Below are positions 31,863-36,039 of a DNA stretch of 36,039 nucleotides, piece by piece; positions within the stretch are counted from its first letter, which is position 1; each line of letters opens with the position of its first letter. Under the pieces are notes generated by a model. It saw only the letters and a list, made by a program, of their open reading frames with translations. It was not told where the DNA came from and searched no databases. The stretch comes from Candidatus Peregrinibacteria bacterium (GTDB lineage: Bacteria > Patescibacteriota > Gracilibacteria > UBA1369 > LOWO2-01-FULL-3). The DNA is taken from the NCBI GenBank assembly GCA_007133095.1, contig SLNK01000060.1, positions 1 through 36,039 on the forward strand. Reading direction: 5' to 3'. The position numbers and the translations under genes are program-made.

Positions 31863-32231
31863 TTATTTTTGTTCTTCATCCTTTTTCTCGTCTTTCTCAG
31901 CAGTTTCTTCAACAGGTTCTTCAACAGGTTCTTCCACAGGTTTTTCCACAGTTTCTTCCACAGTTTCTTTCACAGTTTCTTCTACGTCCTCGTCATCAAC
32001 TTTTTTAACATTTTTCTCTGCGGCGGATTGAGCTTTTTTCATTTTTGCCATGAATTTATCCACTCTTCCGGAACTATCTACCAATTTTTGTTTACCGGTA
32101 TAAAAGGGATGGCACTTTGAGCAAATTTCAGTATGAAATTCTTTTTCCATTGTTGAGCCGGCGGTAAACTTGGCTCCGCAGGCGCATGAGAACTTTATTT
32201 CTTGATATTTTGGGTGTGTGTCGTTTTTCAT
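31863..32231 (-). CDS. rpmE: 50S ribosomal protein L31 with an acidic tandem-repeat C-terminal extension
   Basis: MKNDTHPKY..., C.C...[11 protein letters not shown] zinc ribbon, GRVDKF. The ATG at 32231 gives the canonical N-terminus (the track starts at a TTG at 32240). About 45 extra C-terminal residues are rich in E/V/T/P/K. Confidence 0.85.
   Translation of the reverse strand: MKNDTHPKYQEIKFSCACGAKFTAGSTMEKEFHTEICSKCHPFYTGKQKLVDSSGRVDKFMAKMKKAQSAAEKNVKKVDDEDVEETVKETVEETVEKPVEEPVEEPVEETAEKDEKKDEEQK
31901..31984. repeat. Seven tandem 12-nt units (consensus CAGTTTCTTCCA on the + strand) inside the rpmE 3' extension
   Basis: Read directly: cagtttcttcaa / caggttcttcaa / caggttcttcca / caggtttttcca / cagtttcttcca / cagtttctttca / cagtttcttcta. 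The repeat is in frame and encodes E-E-[TP]-V-type tetrapeptide repeats. Confidence 0.85.
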
Positions 32232-32273
32232 GGTTGGCAATATACTTTAATGGAATTTTGGTTGCAAGTGAAT

Positions 32274-34874
32274 TTATTCGACTGTTGTTTTTTGCTTTTC
32301 TTCTATGCTTTGCTGCTTGTCGTCCTTCTTTTGTTCTTCCTCTTCAATTTTCTCCAACAGGTCTATCATAGATATTGAAGTGACTTTGTCGTTGGGTTTC
32401 ATTCTCATCAGGTATACTCCTTGTGTCGCCCTTCCCCGACTTGGAATGTTTGATGTGTGCATCCTTATCACCTGTCCGGATTTGGATATCATTATAAGAT
32501 CTCCTCCTTCTCCTCGGGTAATTGTCTTTGCCCCTATCACTTTTCCGGTTTTTGGTGTTAAGTTTGCCGTTTTGACTCCGGATCCTCCTCTTCCTTGAAG
32601 CCTGTAATCTACGATCTTACTCATTTTTCCGAGGCCGTTTTCCATTACAACCAACAGCTCCGTTTCTTCGGGATTATCTACAACATCCATTTCTACAACG
32701 GTGTCGTTCGGTTTTAGTCTTATTCCTCTTACTCCGACTGCGGTTCGCCCCATGTTTCTTACATCTTTCTCGTTAAAGCGGATGCTTTTTCCTTCTCTGC
32801 TCACCATAAGAACTTCATTTCCGGGAGCGACTTCCTTCACCCATTCCAGTGAATTTCCCTCTCTTAATTTTATCGCTATCAGGCCGTTTTTTCTCACGTT
32901 TTCAAAATCTTTTGCCGGCGTTTTTTTAATGGTCCCGTTTTTTGTAGCCATAATTAAGGAGTGTGCTTCCAATTTTCCGTCCTTACTTTGAAGAACAGCC
33001 GTGACCACTTCGTTTTCCTGAAGTTGCAGTAGATTCACTATTGCTTGACCTTTTGCCGTGCGGGAAGTTTTCGGGATTTCGTACACAGGGAGTCTGAAGG
33101 TTCGTCCTCTGTTCGTGAAGTAAAAAAGTTCGTCGTGATTGTGTACATATCTTATTATCTTTATTTCATCATCTTCCTTTGTTGTTCCGCCCATTATTCC
33201 TTTCCCTCCGCGTTTTTGTGCTCTGAAGTTGCTTACGTCCAATCGTTTTATGTAATTTTCTTTGCTTATCATTACTATTACCGGTTCGTTGGGGATTGTG
33301 TCTTTTCTTGAAATGCTGTCTAGCGCATGCGGAACTATCTCCGTTCTTCTTTCATCTGCGTATTTTTCTTTTATTTCCGCCAGTTCATTTTGCATTATTT
33401 CCAAAACTTTTTGGGTGTCCGCCAAGATCCCTTCCAGATGTGTTATAAGTGCCAGTTTTTCCGTCAGTTCGTTCTCTATTTTTTGTCTTTCCAATCCCGC
33501 GAGAGTTTGGAGCTTCATCTCCAGAATCGCTTTGCTTTGGAGCTCTGTGAGCTTGAATTTTGTCATAAGAGCTTCAAGCGCTATCTCTTTTGTTTGCGAT
33601 GCCCTTATCGTTTTTATGACTTCATCGATGTTGTCCAGAGCTATTTTCAACCCTTCCAAAATATGGGCTCTGGCCTTTGCCATTTTTAGCTCATATTCCG
33701 TTCTTTTTGTTATAACGATTTTTCTGTGGTCTATGAAATGTTCCAGAACTTGCTTCAGATCCAAAAGGTGGGGCTGAACTTCGTCCACAAGCGCTATCAT
33801 GTTCATATTGAAGGATGATTGCAGCTGTGTGTATTTGAATAATTGGTTTAGGATTTTTTTGGGGTAGCTGTCTTTTTTGAGTTCTATAACTACTCTTATT
33901 CCGTCTTTGTTTGATTCATCTCTAATGTCCGTGATTCCGATGATTTTTTTGTCTCTTACAAGGTCCGCTATTTTTGTTATGAGATTTGACTTGTTTACTT
34001 GATAAGGAATCTCATTAACTATGATGTCAAATCTGTTTCCTTTTTTCTCAACTATGTTCGTTTTTGCTCTTACAACCATGCCGCCTCTTCCCGTAAGATA
34101 CGCAGTTTTTATGTCTTCAACATTGTAGACTATTCCGCCGGTGGGAAAGTCCGGGCCTTTAATGAAATTCATCAGGCCTTCTATGTTTGCTTCCGGGGTG
34201 TTCGACAGATGGATTATTGCGTCTATCACTTCTCCCAAATTGTGAGGAGGGATTGAGGTCGCCATTCCCACAGCTATTCCCGTTGTTCCGTTCAAAAGCA
34301 GTTGGGGGAGTTTTGTGGGAAGCACTGTCGGCTCTTTGAATCTTCCGTCATAGTTGTCTCTCCATGAGACGGTTTCTTTGTCTATGTCCGCCATCATTTC
34401 GTCGCTTATTTTTTCCATTTTTGCTTCCGTATAACGCATTGCCGCGGGATTGTCTCCGTCTATCGATCCAAAGTTACCTTGTCCTCTTACCAATGTGTAT
34501 CTCATAGAGAAGTCTTGAGCCATTCTGACCATTGTCAAATAGACCGCGCTGTCTCCGTGTGGATGATACTTAGCCAAAACTTCACCGACTACCGCCGCGG
34601 ACTTTCTGAAGGAGGAACTCGATTTTAGTCCCAATTCATTCATCGCGTGTAAAATGCGCCTGTGTACCGGTTTAAGGCCGTCGCGTACATCCGGAAGGGC
34701 ACGGGAAACTATAACGCTCATGGCGTATTCCAAATAGGAAGTTTCCATTTCATCGGTTATTTTTTTTGTTTCCGATTCTTCTGCGGAAAATAGTTCCAAG
34801 TTTTCATTCTCTTCGTTGTTTTCCTCGCTTTCTTCGTTGTTTTCGTCTTCGTCTTGTGTTGGTTGTGTTGCCAC
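32274..34874 (-). CDS. gyrA: DNA gyrase subunit A
   Basis: [29 protein letters not shown], catalytic [10 protein letters not shown], and C-terminal beta-pinwheel repeats. Start as tracked is a GTG at 34874, which gives a roughly 35-aa acidic N-terminal extension. An internal TTG start is possible, so the start is uncertain. Confidence 0.93.
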   Translation of the reverse strand: MATQPTQDEDENNEESEENNEENENLELFSAEESETKKITDEMETSYLEYAMSVIVSRALPDVRDGLKPVHRRILHAMNELGLKSSSSFRKSAAVVGEVLAKYHPHGDSAVYLTMVRMAQDFSMRYTLVRGQGNFGSIDGDNPAAMRYTEAKMEKISDEMMADIDKETVSWRDNYDGRFKEPTVLPTKLPQLLLNGTTGIAVGMATSIPPHNLGEVIDAIIHLSNTPEANIEGLMNFIKGPDFPTGGIVYNVEDIKTAYLTGRGGMVVRAKTNIVEKKGNRFDIIVNEIPYQVNKSNLITKIADLVRDKKIIGITDIRDESNKDGIRVVIELKKDSYPKKILNQLFKYTQLQSSFNMNMIALVDEVQPHLLDLKQVLEHFIDHRKIVITKRTEYELKMAKARAHILEGLKIALDNIDEVIKTIRASQTKEIALEALMTKFKLTELQSKAILEMKLQTLAGLERQKIENELTEKLALITHLEGILADTQKVLEIMQNELAEIKEKYADERRTEIVPHALDSISRKDTIPNEPVIVMISKENYIKRLDVSNFRAQKRGGKGIMGGTTKEDDEIKIIRYVHNHDELFYFTNRGRTFRLPVYEIPKTSRTAKGQAIVNLLQLQENEVVTAVLQSKDGKLEAHSLIMATKNGTIKKTPAKDFENVRKNGLIAIKLREGNSLEWVKEVAPGNEVLMVSREGKSIRFNEKDVRNMGRTAVGVRGIRLKPNDTVVEMDVVDNPEETELLVVMENGLGKMSKIVDYRLQGRGGSGVKTANLTPKTGKVIGAKTITRGEGGDLIMISKSGQVIRMHTSNIPSRGRATQGVYLMRMKPNDKVTSISMIDLLEKIEEEEQKKDDKQQSIEEKQKTTVE

Positions 34875-34969
34875 CTTTAATTGTTGTTATGAATTTGACC
34901 TGCGGCATATTAACACAAAAATTATTTTGGAAGAAACCCAAATTTTTTACTTGATATTGATGTCCGCTC

Positions 34970-34998
34970 TTGTAATTTCTGTGTTTTTTTGGTAGAAT
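34970..34998 (+). promoter_or_regulatory. Candidate extended -10 promoter for the VirB4-like gene
   Basis: TTGTAA (34970-34975), 17-nt spacer ending in TGG, TAGAAT (34993-34998). It lies about 52 nt upstream of the ATG at 35051. Confidence 0.4.
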
Positions 34999-35012
34999 AT
35001 TAAGAAATTTGA

Positions 35013-35044
35013 GATTGGGAAAATAAAAGATTGGGGAAATAAAA
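35013..35044 (+). repeat. Tandem 16-nt direct repeat in the 5' leader of the VirB4-like gene
   Basis: GATTGGGAAAATAAAA (35013-35028) is followed immediately by GATTGGGGAAATAAAA (35029-35044), with one mismatch. It ends 6 nt before the ATG. Confidence 0.6.
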
Positions 35045-35050
35045 ACAAAA

Positions 35051-36039
35051 ATGAACGAAGATCAACAAAAAGTTAAAAATCAGGAAAATGTGGAAAAAGA
35101 AACTTCCCGGAAAGGGGTTTTTTCTCAGGAATCTTTGGTACGAAATACAAAGGATCCTGCTTGGTTAAAGGAAGAACTTTCCAAAAAGGAGGCGAAGCCT
35201 GAGAAAGTTAGAGAATCCGATGTTTTACCGTCATTTAGGGATACAAAACCTACCGAAACCGAGTTGGGAATGAATCCCGCTTCTTGGGTTGAGGTTAAAC
35301 CTTCTATGGAAGTTGTCGAAAAAGAAGGAAAAAAGGCGGCGAAAAAAATGAGTAAGGCAGGGTATGATCCGGCCACCGGTAAGCTTTTGAATCCCGAAGC
35401 GACTACAGCCCAGAAATCTCCGGATGTTGCAAAGGGGGGGGCTCCACAGGAGTCCGCTTCAGCACCGGAAGTTCCCGCAGCTGCAGCCTCTGCTGAGGCA
35501 AAAGCTCCGGCTGTGTCAAAGGCTTCCGCCGGCGAAAAAGCCCCGACTGCGCCAAAGACACCTCCCGTTGAAAAAGCTTCCGGAACTTCGAAACAAAAGG
35601 GATCGGTGTTGGAAAATCTCAAATCAATTTTTGATTTTAGGAAAAAGGAACATGAAGCCACTGTCGAAAAAATAGATTCCGCCGCGGACAAATCCAAAGC
35701 CGGACAGAAGGTGGGAATTACTGAAGAGGAAAAGAAAAAATATATTGAGGCCGAGAAAATTTATCAGGAGGGTCTTGCGTCAATAAAGGATTTGATCGCA
35801 CCCGCTTCGATGGAAATAGAGTATGACAAAATCCGTATGGACGGTGTTTTTGTTCAATCGTTCTATGTTTTTTCTTATCCCCGATATTTGGACGTCAATT
35901 GGTTGGCACCTCTAATTAATTTTGATGTTACGATGGATATTTCCCAATTCATATATCCCATAACTTCCGGAGAGATAATGCGAACTTTAAGAAAAAAAGT
36001 TGCGCAGATGCAATCGAGTATCAGAATTCAGGCCGAGAA
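35051..36039 (+). CDS. VirB4/TraC-like type IV secretion ATPase, N-terminal part only (3' partial, runs off the window), preceded by a long low-complexity extension
   Basis: My own translation from the ATG at 35051 is open to the window end (329 codons). The supplied track omits it because there is no in-window stop. The distal part, KDLIAPASMEIEYDKIRMDGVFVQSFYVFSYPRYLDVNWLAPLINFDVTMDISQFIYPITSGEIMRTLRKKVAQMQS, matches my memory of the N-terminal domain of Gram-positive-type VirB4 proteins (..P..i.....i.idg.y.r...v..YPr.....WL..li.....d.s..i.P...). Confidence 0.6.
   Translation, partial: MNEDQQKVKNQENVEKETSRKGVFSQESLVRNTKDPAWLKEELSKKEAKPEKVRESDVLPSFRDTKPTETELGMNPASWVEVKPSMEVVEKEGKKAAKKMSKAGYDPATGKLLNPEATTAQKSPDVAKGGAPQESASAPEVPAAAASAEAKAPAVSKASAGEKAPTAPKTPPVEKASGTSKQKGSVLENLKSIFDFRKKEHEATVEKIDSAADKSKAGQKVGITEEEKKKYIEAEKIYQEGLASIKDLIAPASMEIEYDKIRMDGVFVQSFYVFSYPRYLDVNWLAPLINFDVTMDISQFIYPITSGEIMRTLRKKVAQMQSSIRIQAE

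Noticed and set aside
31901-31984. Tandem repeats as a possible CRISPR or minisatellite locus
   Set aside because: The units are 12 nt, contiguous with no spacers, in frame inside rpmE, and encode a tetrapeptide repeat. This is not a CRISPR array. I noticed no other regularly spaced repeats in the window.
35125-35697. 190-aa minus-strand ORF (A/S/G/F-rich), and the 83-aa + strand ORF at 35424-35675
   Set aside because: They lie antisense to, or out of frame with, an uninterrupted + strand ORF that ends in a recognisable VirB4-like domain. Their composition is typical of shadow ORFs across a GC-rich low-complexity coding segment.

Overview
The window is a compact, low-GC, gene-dense bacterial chromosome segment made almost entirely of housekeeping genes. 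Intergenic gaps are tiny and there are many 1-4 nt start/stop overlaps. TGA acts as a normal stop (truB, greA), so the standard bacterial code applies. The + strand block at 1-5581 carries truB (5' partial), a WecA/GT4-family phosphotransferase, dnaG, rpoD and greA. The - strand run at 5593-13604 carries a small membrane protein, lgt, a 467-aa orphan, pyrG, a 230-aa orphan, trpS and priA. A + strand block of three orphan genes (13727-15911) abuts tRNA-Arg(TCG). The second - strand run at 16077-34874 carries a fused secDF with an embedded parvulin PPIase, a cupin, a mannose-1-P guanylyltransferase, pilD, a TPR protein, ruvC, pyk, glmS, an M24 peptidase, ruvA, tgt, aroC, rpmE and gyrA, interrupted only by + strand gpmA. 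A VirB4-like type IV secretion ATPase gene starts at 35051 and runs off the 3' edge; it is absent from the supplied ORF track. The streamlined architecture, divergent housekeeping proteins, type IV pilus parts and VirB4 homolog suggest a reduced-genome lineage such as CPR/Patescibacteria, but this is a low-confidence inference. I found no CRISPR array, integrase, transposase or recognisable defence system. The items most worth follow-up are: (1) the SecD-parvulin-SecF single polypeptide; (2) a roughly 200-nt rod-like structured RNA candidate between glmS and pyk; (3) the edge-truncated VirB4-like gene; (4) the orphan three-gene block next to tRNA-Arg; (5) an orphan membrane protein with a duplicated GspF/PilC-N-terminus-like module.
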